NCBI GenBank assembly: GCA_964016885.1
Contig: OZ024742.1
Span: 19,158,001 to 19,222,000, forward strand
Direction: 5' to 3'
Length of the DNA stretch: 64,000 bases
DNA from: Eledone cirrhosa
Taxonomy: Eukaryota
Of the stretch, positions 17,956-30,910 are shown one piece after another. The first letter of the stretch is position 1. Each line of letters begins with the position of its first letter. The notes under the pieces were generated by a model that made no database searches, had not been told where the DNA came from, and worked only from the letters and a program-made list of their open reading frames with translations. A program made the position numbers and the translations under genes.

Positions 17956-18325
17956 AATATTTACTATATATAAGTATTTATATATATAAATATTTATATA
18001 TATAAATATTTACTAGTTGTAACCCAACAATTTAAATATAACTTTCCATGTATATATATACATATATATATATTCATATATATATATATACATATATACA
18101 TATATATATTTATATATACATATATACATATATATATTTATATATACATATACATATATATATTTATATATACATATATATTTATACATACATATACATA
18201 TATATTTATACATACATATATATATTTATATATACATATACATATATATTTATACATACATATATATATTTATATATACATATACATATATATATATACA
18301 TATACATATATATATATACATATAC

Positions 18326-18356
<31 letters not shown>

Positions 18357-18373
18357 CATATATACATATATAC

Positions 18374-18484
<111 letters not shown>

Positions 18485-18902
18485 CATATATAAATGAGAG
18501 GTATAGAGATTGTTTTAGCGAGAAGCTAACAGCATTCTATAACATATATGCGACTATAACGTCAAGATGGGAAAAGTAGTTAACGTAAGATTTAGGAAAA
18601 ATAATTCAAACTCATCTCAAAAGAGAATCAGGATATAAATTCATCCACAGAATTTAGTGAAATCCAGGGAAAAATCAATAGACCTTTAACTCATGATAAA
18701 ATAAAGTTTAAAACACTTATCCTTCAATTTGGAATAACATCAAATGCTCTGTATAGTCTTAAAAGACTATTTCATGAAAACTTTCAGCGGAGATGGTCAC
18801 CGTTGGATTTCATTCATCAGCAGAGCTCAACAGAAAACCAGGGCTCTCACAGTATTATAATCCGAAAAAGGGAATTCTAAAACTGGCTAGTTCGCCATCA
18901 TG

Positions 18903-19154
18903 TTCGACAACCAGATAGTTGTTTATATATTGTCAAAGTTCTTTCGTCACACATTCTGTGACCTCATCAGTGACTGGGATTCTTTTCTTTGTTTTTGTGC
19001 CTCTCCTTTGGTCTGTCCTACGCCAGAAAATGGCGTAGGACAGAACAAAGGAGAGGCACAAAATCAAAGAAAAGAATCCCAGTCACTGATAAGGTCACAG
19101 AATGTGTGACGAAAGAACTTTGACAATATATAAACAACTATCTGGTTGTGGAAC
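18903..19154. mobile_element. fold-back element with opposed hammerheads (18932-18974 -, 19082-19124 +)
   Basis: GTCA-CTGATGA-G-GTCAC(AGAATGT)GTGAC-GAAA-GAAC-TT-TGAC. The + copy has the core variant CTGATAA. Confidence 0.78.
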
Positions 19155-19388
19155 CAACCAACCAACCAAAAATTTATAAATTTATTATAATAAATTGAAG
19201 TGAAAGCAACTGGTGCGTGTGTTTCTTATTGGCAACATGACCCTCCCAAAGTATAACAATATCGGTTTCAACACACGATTTCAGATAAAGAATCTTGCTA
19301 AACAAATTCAGAAACGATATATATATGTATATATATGTATATATATATATATATATATACTTATATATATATATATACATATATATAG

Positions 19389-19420
<32 letters not shown>

Positions 19421-19421
19421 G

Positions 19422-19453
<32 letters not shown>

Positions 19454-19668
19454 CATACATATATATAGATATATAGATATATATATATGTATATATATGT
19501 ATATATATATATACATATATATATACATATATATATACATATATATATATATACATATATATATATATTTACATATATATAGATATATATATATACATAT
19601 ATATATATATACATATATATAGGTATAGATATATATATATATGTATATATATGTATATATATATATAC

Positions 19669-19699
<31 letters not shown>

Positions 19700-19700
19700 C

Positions 19701-19751
<51 letters not shown>

Positions 19752-19788
19752 GATATATATATATATGTATATATATGTATATATATAC

Positions 19789-19886
<98 letters not shown>

Positions 19887-20380
19887 GTATATATGTATAT
19901 ATACCGTTTTGAACATGTTTATTTTCACTGTATGATTCATTCATGGGAGACAACACACACACGTGCTTTCTATTTTTGTTTCATACAGAGCATTTTGGTT
20001 TAGCTTAAGCAATTTTGTATTAATTTTGATATTTCTGAGTAACATAATTTAATTTGATATAATCTTGTTTGATTTTGTATAATCTTATCTGTATTTGACC
20101 CGATTTCGTTGTTTCTTGTATGATATGCTGATATTACAATAACTCCGTATATTTGTAAACAGTCATTTACATCGTGTTTCTATATCTCTGTTTCCGGTTT
20201 CTTCCATTCATTAATTTAAATTTAGATTTAAAAATTTATTTTTATATTTATGAACTGCAGTTGCTCACGCTCTCACGCTGTCTCTATCTCTCTCCTTCCT
20301 CTCTCTCTCTCTCTCTCTCTCTCTCCCCCTCTCTCTCTCTCGATCAACGAGCTCTCTTTCTCCCTCTCTCTAGATCAACG

Positions 20381-20440
<60 letters not shown>

Positions 20441-20687
20441 TCTCTCTCTCCCTCTGACCCCCCCACTCTTCCCGCTATCTCTCTCTCCCTCTGACCCCCC
20501 CCCCCCCCACTCTTCCCGCTATCTCTCTCGCTCCCCTCTTCTGTCTCCCCCTTTTCTTTTCTTTTCTTCTGTTTCTCTTTCTTTTTCTCTCGCTGGAGTT
20601 ATATCTCTATCTCCCTCCCTCACTCTGTCCCTCTCTAACCTCTACTCTACACCTCCCACTGTCCCTCTTTCTCCCCTCCACAGCGAA

Positions 20688-21650
20688 ATGGACTGCATGC
20701 AGGAAAAATGGGAAAAATGTGAAATCAGGAGTCAGCGAAACTGGTCGAAGATTGAACTAGCGGTTTTGATCAAGGGGTGGACTATGGCTGATGGGTCTCC
20801 ACCAAGCAAAAAGATGGCGGAGAACCTGAAGAGCCATGGGTTTATGAGGACCCTGGTACAGATAGAGAGAAAGAGAAAAGAAATTGAGAAGGCGTATGTC
20901 CTCATAGCGCCTCATATGGCGATGCTAAGCCGTGTCCTCAGGGAGGAGAAAACCGAAGGGAGGGATGAGGAGAAGGAGAGGGAAAAGGAAGAGGAAAAGG
21001 AAAGGGAAAAAGAAAAGGAGGAGAGCACAAGCACGGACCTGAAAGAAAATGATATACCCTCCGCTACAGGCAGGGAGGGCAGGCCGGGCAACCAACAAGC
21101 TAAGGGCAAAGGTGAAAAGCGAAATCACCTTCCGAAGGAGAACCAAGCGCAGAGGGACCAGTGGACAACTGTTCAAAGAAAGAACAGAAAGCACCGAGAC
21201 ACTGGGAGCAAAAAACACCAAGTAATGTGCAAGTTTTTCAAGAACGGGACATGCTGGCATGGAGAGACAGGGATGGGATGCAGATTCGCCCACCCTAGGT
21301 CTCAAACGAACTATGCCCATCATACTCGCGCAACATGCCCCAGCCAAAGCCGAAATAAGCCGCTCCAGAAGTATGCTGATGTCGCGCGTGCTGCACCAAC
21401 AAGGAGAAGGCACGCACATGCCGACGAGATACAGATGGCAGCAGCAGATCAGAAAAATTTTTTAGTGATGGCAGAGAAGATTGTGGGACAGCTGACCTGG
21501 CTGCATCGTCTCCAGAGCCAGGGTCATCCACACCAGCACTCGAGACCACCGCAGTTAAGGGACCCTGAGTGGCCGCCGCTGACACCAGACCAGGTGTCAT
21601 ACCGACAGCCATTACTGGCACCCCAAAAGTCACACCAGTGCTGCTGCTGA
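20688..21650 (+). CDS. LINE ORF1 with Myb/SANT-like N-terminus and CCCH zinc finger
   Basis: ATG at 20688 follows a CT-rich tract. RNWSKIELAVLIKGW...MAENLKSHGFMRTLVQIERKRKEIEKAY is a trihelix-like pattern; CKFFKNGTCWHGETGMGCRFAHP is C-x7-C-x8-C-x3-H. Confidence 0.75.
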   Translation: MDCMQEKWEKCEIRSQRNWSKIELAVLIKGWTMADGSPPSKKMAENLKSHGFMRTLVQIERKRKEIEKAYVLIAPHMAMLSRVLREEKTEGRDEEKEREKEEEKEREKEKEESTSTDLKENDIPSATGREGRPGNQQAKGKGEKRNHLPKENQAQRDQWTTVQRKNRKHRDTGSKKHQVMCKFFKNGTCWHGETGMGCRFAHPRSQTNYAHHTRATCPSQSRNKPLQKYADVARAAPTRRRHAHADEIQMAAADQKNFLVMAEKIVGQLTWLHRLQSQGHPHQHSRPPQLRDPEWPPLTPDQVSYRQPLLAPQKSHQCCC

Positions 21651-24610
21651 ATGTCAGGGGCCTGGTGAAACTCAGCAACATGAGTAAAATTTCCTACCTG
21701 GGAGACTTAGCCATAAGCAATCAAGCACTATGCATGGCACTAACCGAAACGCACCTGACAAGCAGTATAGCAGATGCAGAAATACATATACCGAAATATA
21801 CTGTATTTCGTTCGGACAGGAAGGAGAGAACTCATGGTGGGGTTGCTCTGTATATCCGTGAAGATGTCACACCAATTGTACTGTTGACACATTCAAACTC
21901 AGTCTGTGACACACTGATAATACATATGAAGCAACTACAGACGGTAATATGTGTCACATATCGGCCGCCCGATGCCCCCAGTCATGAGGGTAAATTTGAG
22001 GATAGCCTAAGTAGGATAGAAGAGGTCCTTGACAAACTGGACCAGGGTCTCAACATCCTACTGCTGGGAGACTTCAACCTACCAAAGGTCAAATGGCCTG
22101 AGGGCCACCTCCTCCCTGGAATGACGTCAATAGAACAGAGACAGACGGAATCCCTGCTGGCCCTCACACACAGGCTGTTTATGGAGCAAGCAATACTCCT
22201 CCCAACAAGAGGCGAAAATGTCCTGGACCTCTGTTTTACAAACAACGAAGTGCTCATCCACAATGTAAAGGTGACACCAACAATTCTCTCGGATCATAAC
22301 TTGGTAGAGCTAATGATATGTGGTCCAAGAGAACCAACAGAGACAAAACCACCAAGAAGCTCCGGGACGCTATCCAGCCTTAACTTCTACGGGGCTGACT
22401 GGAAGAAGATTAAGAGTGAAATCCGGAAGCAAACATGGAGTGCAAACACTGCCACACAAGACACTAACACACAATTTCAACACTTCATGACAACGATACA
22501 CACCATATGCAAAAAGTGTGTCCCGGAGAAAGAGGCAAACAGACACAAAAATCTTATTCCCAGAGATAGGAAAATCCTTATGAGACGTTGAACTAAACTC
22601 TCAAACCAGTTGAATAGTCAACAAAACCAAAACAAGAAGGAATCCTATTTGAAACGTGCACTACTTGACACCGAGATTGCACTCAAGCTTTCACATGAGA
22701 ATGAGAGGGCAAGGAAAGAGAACAGGGCCATAGAAAACATTAAAACAAACCCTAAGGCCTTCTTTAAATTTGCAAAAGAAACTGCCTCAGTACACTGCAA
22801 GATTGGACCACTCTTCCACACGGACGGTTCATTAACCGAAAATCCCCAAGAGATATGTGAAATACTGAACGAACAGTACAAAAGTGTCTTCACATGTCCA
22901 CTGAGGCACATGCAAATAACGAAGCCAGAGGAGTTCTTTGATGCCACAACACTACATCAAGAAATGGCAACCATCAACCACATAGACATAACGGAGGAGG
23001 ATGTGGTGTACGCCATTGATGAAATTAGAACAGACTCGGCTGCTGGACCTGATGGATTCCCAGCAGTTCTCCTAAAAATATGTAAGCGGGCCTTAGCAAC
23101 TCCACTGAAGATGCTCTTCAGAAGCTCCTTGGCTAGCGGTGTACTACCCAGGGAGCTGAAAGAAGGCACAATATGCCCTATCCATAAAGGAGGTAGTAGA
23201 GCGGAGGCCAAGAACTATAGGCCAGTCTCCCTGACGTCGCATATCAGTAAGGTCATGGAGCGAGTCGTCAGAAAGAAACTAATCACTTTCCTCGAAGAAA
23301 ATGACCGCCTGACTAGCACGCAACATGGCTTCCGCCCAGGAAGAAGCTGCCTTACACAGCTGCTACATCACTACGACTGGGTACTGAGACAGCTACTAGA
23401 CAGCTCACATGTAGACGTGATATATCTTGACTTTGCGAAGGCCTTTGACAAGGTCGACCACGGAATGATATGTCACAAACTACACGGACTCGGCATAACT
23501 GGAAAAGTAGGTGAGTGGCTGCATGGCTTCCTGAGGGACAGAAGCCAGGCAGTCGCAGCAAATGGGGCCCTCTCGAGGGAAACACCGATAACAAGTGGGG
23601 TGCCTCAGGGGACAGTCCTGGGACCACTACTGTTTTTGGTGGCTCTCTCGGACATGCCCTCTGTGGTGCATGCAACAACATCCCTCACTAGCTATGCTGA
23701 TGACACTAAGGTAGCACAGGCAATCAAAAACCCGGCTGACGCTGCCCTCTTACAGCAGGATCTGGATGCCATATACAGATGGGCGGAAGAAAACAACATG
23801 CAGTTTAATGCTGGCAAATTCCAAGCCCTACAATACAAACCTGCAAACACAAACACAAATATAGCGGAACACAGCTACACAGGACCAGGAGGGACCGATA
23901 TCCCCGTGTCAAAATCGATACGAGACCTGGGCATAGACATGAGCGATGATGCATCTTTTTCTTCACACATCATGAAGGTGGCGACAGCATGTAGACGATT
24001 CGCTGGCTGGATCTTGAGGACTTTCCTTACAAGAGATCGAGACACCATGTTGACACTGTGGAGGACTTTTGTCCTAAGCCGCCTGGACTACTGCTCCCAG
24101 CTGTGGTCACTCCATAGTGTCAAACTAACCACAGAGCTTGAGGCAATCCAGCGAAGCTACACCAAGAGGATTGCCAAGATGAGGGAGACAAGCTACTGGG
24201 AGAGGCTGAAGGAACTGAACCTCTACTCCTTGGAGCGAAGACGGGAGAGATACGCAGTGATCTACATGTGGAAAATCCTGGAGGGACTAGCACCAAACTT
24301 TGGCATTGGGAGCTGGACCAACCGTCGAACAGGACGTCACTGTGTGGTGCCAAAGGTCCCGTCTTCCACATCTAGAATAAGGAGCAGGTATTGCAATAGC
24401 CTGGGATTCAAGGGCCCTCAACTCTTCAACAGGCTGCCGAGGCATCTGCGAGACTTGCATGACGTGGAGGTGGATGTCTTTAAGAAACATCTCGACACCT
24501 TGTTATCCAGGATCCCGGATGAGCCCACAGCAAGACACGAGGGAAACCTAAGGGCAGCAGCAACAAACTCCCTCCTACACCAGTGGCCAACCTATACAGG
24601 CTGGAGATAA
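21569..24610 (+). pseudogene. LINE ORF2 (AP endonuclease + reverse transcriptase) with one in-frame stop
   Basis: Endonuclease motifs LLNVRG, LTETHL, TYRPP, GDFNLP, LDL, SDHN; RT motifs NYRPVSLTS, QHGFRPGRSC, YLDFAKAFDKV, GVPQGTVLGP, YADD. The two ORF-track pieces share a frame and are split only by TGA at 22589-22591 (probably CGA>TGA). Confidence 0.92.
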
Positions 24611-24708
24611 AATGTGTAGCAACAAGGGCGGTGCCCCAGCATGGCCTCAGCCGGATGGCTGAAACAGGTAAAAGAGTAAAAGAGTAAAAGAGTAATATGT
24701 ATATATGA

Positions 24709-24740
<32 letters not shown>

Positions 24741-24755
24741 GTATATATATATGTG

Positions 24756-24788
<33 letters not shown>

Positions 24789-24803
24789 GTATATATATAT
24801 ATG

Positions 24804-24854
<51 letters not shown>

Positions 24855-25003
24855 GTATATATATATATCTATATATATATGTATATATATATGTATATAT
24901 ATATATATCTATATATATGTATATATGTATATGTATATATATATATGTATATATGTGTATATATATATATATGTATATATGTATATATATATATATAGAT
25001 GTA

Positions 25004-25050
<47 letters not shown>

Positions 25051-25143
25051 GTATATATATGTATATATATATGTATATATATATATATATGTATATGTAT
25101 ATATGTATATGTATATATATATGTATATATATGTATATATGTA

Positions 25144-25186
<43 letters not shown>

Positions 25187-25343
25187 ATATATATGTATAT
25201 ATATATATGTATATATATATATGTATATATATGTATATATATATATGTATATATATATATATGTATAAATATGTATATGTGTATATGTGTATGTGTGTGT
25301 GTGTATTTAAAAGAATGTCCCGCATGGCTAAGAGCTTATAAAA

Positions 25344-25389
<46 letters not shown>

Positions 25390-25395
<6 letters not shown>

Positions 25396-25546
25396 AATTC
25401 CGTTATAACGAAATTAACGGGTTGTAAACAAATTCGTTGTAACGAGATCAACATAACACATCGACCGTGTAGCTGGGTATTGAAAAATATTTTGTTATAC
25501 TGAAAAATGCGTTACAATGGTATTCGTTATAACGGAATTTTACCTG
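25390..25546. mobile_element. Tc1/mariner-pogo type MITE in (TA)n
   Basis: AGTGAAATTCCGTTATAACGAA / TTCGTTATAACGGAATTTTACCTG, with internal GTTATAAC-like repeats. Confidence 0.7.
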
Positions 25547-26489
25547 TATATATATATATATGTATATATCCATAGATGATCGACAAGTTCCCAGACCTGG
25601 TCAAATTGGACCGAGGAAACAATGTTTCCATTTGTCTTTCCAATTGCTAATACTATCTATCGGTCGCAAATCTAGGCTGAATGAGCAACATGAATTAAAG
25701 TGTCTTGCTCAAGGACACAATGCATCGCCCGGTCCTGGAATCGAACTCACAACCTCACGATTGCGAATAACATAGCGTTTCGAGGCTGTTTGCTAGCAAA
25801 CGAATCGAATATTATTATTCGATATAAAACCCAGGAAATAAATAATAGAGTAACTGTAATTCTTGCCGCAATATAATTTATTGAAATGTATGAACCAAAG
25901 TAAAAACTATTCAGGAAAGAAAATATTTAAGAGAAATTCTTTCGAGAACATTAAATTTTACATCATATTTGTTATAGAAGTGCCTGTGATGACTGTAGAC
26001 GGTTTTGTTAAGGAGTGGACTATTTTGTTTTATATCCTTTGTGGCATAGTGGTAAGGCTATTCGACTTATGATCATAATGTTCGATTCCTGAGCTGGGTT
26101 GTGTGTTGTTTTGTTGAACAAATCACTTCATTTCACGTAGCTCCAGTATACTCAACTGAAAAAAAATGAGTACTAGCAATAGCTGTGGGGTTAACTCTGC
26201 GATGGATTAGCGAACGGTGCAGTGGGTGAGGAGTCGTGTACTCTCAGTCGCTTGCCGCCATGGAAACCGGGATAAGTACCGATCTGATTAGCCTCCGGGC
26301 TCCAGACAGACTTTAGACTTTTTCAAAGACTGGTCGATAACGAAAATATTTGTTCAAAGTCGCTACAGCACCGTTCTCCCTTGAAATGTCACATTCTGGG
26401 CGTTCCACTGGACCTAAGGCTGGAAAGATGAGAGGGTGACTGTGTCAGCTCGTGACTACATGTGTTCCGAAATCAATTGGAGTAAGTTA

Positions 26490-26775
26490 GTGTAGTTAAT
26501 GGTTAGGGTGTTCGGCTCACGTTGTGAGTTCCAGTTCTGGCAGAGCATTGTGTCCTTGAGCAAGATACTTTATTTCACGTTGCCCCAGTTCACTGAATTT
26601 ATACCTGTAATTTGAAAAGAGCTGCCGTGTCACATCTGTGACACGCTGAATCTCCCTGAGAAGTACGTTAAGAGTACACGTGACTCGGAAATGCTCAACC
26701 ACATCCATGATAATTTCTCGAGTTTCGTTGTTTGATCAATCTAACACTCGTCGTCGGAAGCGACGGAGATCCAAC
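26490..26775 (+). mobile_element. tRNA-derived SINE family 2 (copies or fragments at 715-1020 -, 4495-4650 -, 25675-25770 -, 26040-26310 +, 41560-41990 -, 43005-43330 -, 52908-53030 +)
   Basis: TGGTTAGGGTGTTCGGCT head, TGTGTCCTTGAGCAAGAYACTTTATTTCACGTTGC CORE-like block and shared tail GCTGAATCTCCCTGAGAA. Confidence 0.7.
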
Positions 26776-27279
26776 AACGCTAATCTAGTGCCGCCCGTAG
26801 TTTACACTCAGTTCTTGAATAAGCACCCCCTCCTCGTTTATTAAATTTTGCTAATCTATCTTATTTTAAATGGTAGCATTCCTGCGACAGTTAATTTTCT
26901 TCATACCTAAAAACATTGCATATAACACAAAAAAGTACATTACTAGAAATATCATACCTTATAAAATAAATAGGATGGGTTGAGGTCTGAGTATGTAAAC
27001 TAAACGACTAATTCTGGTTTTTGAAAAAAAATCAAAGGAGACAACCTAGAAAAATTATTGATCCCCCACCCCCACACTTATATTCACCCCACCCCCTATT
27101 ATTTGGGACCAGGAAATAAACCGAATCTGGAATGAAGTTGGCAGATAAGACGGATTAACAAGATGTCATTGTCTTATTGAATATAACATATGGCGTCAAC
27201 TCCCCCGGGCCCTGTTATCTGGGAGCTGAGGGTAAACATTTAAATCTCCATACCTCTCATGAAATGTTCTCTGTTTCAG

Positions 27280-27371
27280 GTTCTGGAAGATATGATATTT
27301 GTGATCGGTGGTTTCGATGGCATTACAACTATCTCAAGTGTTGAGTGTTTTGATGCTGTCACACAACAATG
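27280..27371 (+). CDS. KLHL10: KLHL10-like, penultimate coding exon
   Basis: tttcAG acceptor and GTAAGT donor at 27372. Phase 0 start matches the previous exon. Translates VLEDMIFVIGGFDGITTISSVECFDAVTQQ(W). Confidence 0.9.
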
Positions 27372-27411
27372 GTAAGTATTACTCTCAACATTCCTGTAAC
27401 AATCATTTACA

Positions 27412-29452
27412 TGAGATATTTACTTGGGGGCAAGGCCTGAGATATGTACTTGGGGGCAGGGCCTGAGATATATACTTGGGGGCAGGGACTGAGATATGTA
27501 CTTGTGGGCAGGGCCTGAGATATATACTTGTAGGCAGGGCCTGAGATATGTACTTGTGGGCAGGGCCTGAGATATATGTACTTGTGGGCAGGGCCTGAGA
27601 TATATACTTGGGGGCAGGGCCTGAGATATGTACTTGTGGGCAGGGCCTGAGATATATACTTGTGGGCAGAGTCTGAGATATGTACTTGTGGGCAGGGCCT
27701 GAGATATATACTTGGGGGAAGGGCCTGAGATATGTACTTGTGGGCAGAGTCTGAGATATGTACTTGTGGGCAGGGCCTGAGATATATACTTGGGGGAAGG
27801 GCCTGAGATATATACTTGTGGGCAGAGTCTGAGATATGTACTTGTGGGCAGGGCCTGAGATATATACTTGGGGGAAGGGCCTGAGATATGTACTTGGGGG
27901 AAGGGTCTGAGAGATGTACTTGTAGGCAGGGCCTGAGATATATACTTGTGGGCAGGGCCTGAGATATGTACTTGTGGGCAGGGCCTGAGATATGTACTTG
28001 TGGGCAGGGCCTGAGATATATATATTTGTGGGTAGAGTCTGAGATATGTACTTGTGGGCAGGGCCTCAAATATGTACTTGTGGGCGGGGCCTGAGATATG
28101 TACTTGTGGGCAGGGCCTGAGATATATGTACTTGTGGGCTGGGCCTGAGATATATACTTGTGGGCGGGTTGGGCCTGAGATATATACTTGTGGGCGGGTT
28201 GGGCCTGAGATATATACTTGTGGACAGGGCCTGAGATATATACTTGTGGGCAGGGCCTGAGATATATACTTGTGGGCATCGCCTGAGTTATGTACTTGTG
28301 GGCAGGGACTGAGGTATATACTTCTGGGCAGGGTCTGAGATATACACTTGTGGGCTGGGCCTGAGATATATATATTTGTGGGCAGGGCCTGAGATATGTA
28401 CTTGTAGGCAGGGCCTGAGATATACACTTGTGGGCAGGGCCTGAGATATGTACTTGTGGGCAGGGCCTGAGATATATATATACTTGTGGGCAGGGCCTGA
28501 GATATGTACTTGTGGGCAGGGCCTGAGCATGTACTTGTGGGCAGGGCCTGAGATATGTACTTGTGGGCAGGGCCTGAGATATGTACTTGTGGGCAGCGCC
28601 TGAGATATGTACTTGTGGGCAGCGCCTGAGATATGTACTTGTGGGCAGGGCCTGAGATATGTACTTGTGGGCAGGGCCTGAGATATGTACTTGTGGGCAG
28701 CGCCTGAGATATATACTTGTGGACTGGGCCTGAGATATATACTTGTGGGCGGGTTGGGCCTGAGATATATACTTGTGGGCGGGTTGGGCCTGAGATATAT
28801 ACTTGTGGGCAGGGCCTGAGATATATACTTGTGGGCAGGGCCTGAGATATGTACTTGTGGGCAGCGCCTGAGATATGTACTTGTGGGCTGGGCCTGAGAT
28901 ATATACTTGTGGGCGGGTTGGGCCTGAGATATATACTTGTGGGCGGGTTGGGCCTGAGATATATACTTGTGGGCAGGGCCTGAGATATATACTTGTGGGC
29001 GGGTTGGGCCTGAGATATATACTTGTGGGCAGGGCCTGAGATATATACTTGTGGGCAGCGCCTGAGATATGTACTTGTGGGCAGGGCCTGAGATATACAC
29101 TTGTGGGCAGGGCCTTAGATATATACTTGTGGGCAGGGGCTGAGGTATACACTTGTGGGCTGGGCCTGAGATATGTACTTGTGGGCAGCGCCTGAGATAT
29201 ATACTTGTGGGCTGGGCCTGAGATATATACTTGTGGGGAGGGCCTGAGTTATATACTTGTGGGCAGGGCCTGAGATATGTACTTGTAGGCAGGGATTGAG
29301 ATATACACTTGTGGGCAGGGCCTTAGATATATACTTCTATGCGGGGCCTGAAATATATACTTGTGGGCAGGGCCTTAGATATATACTTGTGGGCAGGGCC
29401 TGAGATATGTACTTGTGGGCTGGGCCTGATATATATATACTTGTGGGCAGGG
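27412..29452. repeat. ~26-bp GC-rich minisatellite, ~2 kb
   Basis: Unit GGGCAGGGCCTGAGATATRTACTTGT with variants (GGGCGGGTTGGGCC, GCAGCGCC). Confidence 0.95.
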
Positions 29453-30247
29453 CCGGATTGAATGGAGGGCAAAGGGGGTAAATGTTTCAATTGTTCGAGC
29501 TTGGTGGGCTTGTATTAATTAGCCCTAGCACCAATATATTTTATACTGTTTGCTCATAAGTAATACATTGAAAGAAATACTGACTTTCTAAATGACATGA
29601 CTGAGGTATGGGCCAGATTTAATGGGGAGGGGAAGTGTGGCAAAAGGGGCAGTTGCCCTCGAGCCCCTGCTGTGGTGGTTGGCACCAGCGACGGCCATAA
29701 CAATTTATTTATGCCCTCAGCTCGGCATTTTAGTTTTAAGATGGTAAGAATATTTGAAATTAATACCTGTATATATAACTTTTCAATACCAATTACTTGC
29801 TCCAAGTTAGCTTTGATATGTAAAATTGGGGGATTTGCTGTGTATTCTAATTTTTGGTGTATGAACCCTACCCCCAAACCTGAAGTACCCCTGAAAACAG
29901 TAATACAAACATGAGTTTAGCAAAGATACTGTTCCAAATTAAGCATAAAGAACCAAGAAGGAAATACTAAAGTCCTTAATAAAAATTATCAAACTGGAAC
30001 ACAGTCGTGTTTTCAATATAACATGTTTGAGAGGAGAGCTGTTCCCTAATTACACCCCCCCCCCCCACACACACACCCCCACCCCACCCCCCCACACACA
30101 CATATATATATATATATATTTTATTATAAGGTGAGCCAACTTATGCAGCTTCATATGCAAATGAGATTAATCACCTCATTTACACAGGCGAGAAAAGTAT
30201 ATATTCTCAGCTGTCTTCTAGTCCAGCAGTCGCAAGGGGTGGGAGGG

Positions 30248-30291
30248 ACCGTGCTGGCGAAGTCCAGTTAAGCCTGAAATGCGTAGACGGT
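30248..30291 (+). ncRNA. decayed hammerhead-like motif
   Basis: ACCGTG-CTGGCGA-AG..CT-GAAA-TGCG-TA-GACGGT, in a short element between (TA)n tracts (30120-30440). Confidence 0.4.
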
Positions 30292-30438
30292 TGTCCCCCT
30301 TGCTTCTGCTGGACATCACCAGAGGGCGTTAGACCCCGGTGTTTGCATAGCTACGGCTTTCTAAAACTGTATTTTTTTGGAGATACAAAATATTTATACA
30401 TATCGTATAAAGCTATGCTTGAAGCGAAATCCTATTTC

Positions 30439-30491
<53 letters not shown>

Positions 30492-30527
30492 TATAATACA
30501 TACATATACATGCATGTATATATAAAT

Positions 30528-30562
<35 letters not shown>

Positions 30563-30651
30563 GACTAACCCATGCTAGCGTGAAAAAATGCACGTTAAAC
30601 GGTGATGAAGGTGTAGATGGGGGGGGGGGGGATAAGATTGAAAATAGGATA

Positions 30652-30910
30652 GAGAGAGAGACAGGAGAATGGAAAGTAGATGATGAATGGGAGGGGGAGA
30701 GAGGGAGAGAGAGACAGGAGAACGGAAAGTAGATGATGAATGGGAGGGGGGAGAGGGAGAGAGAGACAGGAGAACGGAAAGTAGATGATGAATGGGAGGG
30801 GGAGAGGGAGAGAGAGACAGGAGAACGGAAAGTAGATGATGAATGGGAGGGGGAGAGATGGAGAGAGGGAGAGAGAGACAGGAGAACGGAAAGTAGATGA
30901 TGAATGAGAG
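30652..30910. repeat. purine-rich tandem repeat (~51-59 bp, about 5 copies)
   Basis: GAGAGAGACAGGAGAACGGAAAGTAGATGATGAATGGGAGGGGG repeated. Confidence 0.9.

Larger units (their letters stand above)
19904..24694 (+). mobile_element. near full-length non-LTR retrotransposon (CR1/L2 group) inserted in (TA)n
   Basis: ORF1 plus endonuclease-RT ORF2, a short 3' UTR and a (GTAAAAGA)3 tail at 24668-24694. (TA)n arrays on both sides. 5' boundary approximate. Confidence 0.9.

Noticed and set aside
20250-20687. N-terminal SLSLSL extension of the 466-aa ORF
   Set aside because: CT microsatellite; the ATG at 20688 is the more plausible start.
21982-24490. Antisense ORFs inside the LINEs (also 59996-63741)
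   Set aside because: Shadow frames of the retrotransposon coding sequence.
27407-29152. 581-aa and overlapping repetitive minus-strand ORFs
   Set aside because: Products of a stop-free 26-bp minisatellite; all three frames are open.
27412-29452. CRISPR-like appearance of the short repeat array (also 50123-51089)
   Set aside because: Head-to-tail repeats without unique spacers, eukaryotic context, no cas genes.
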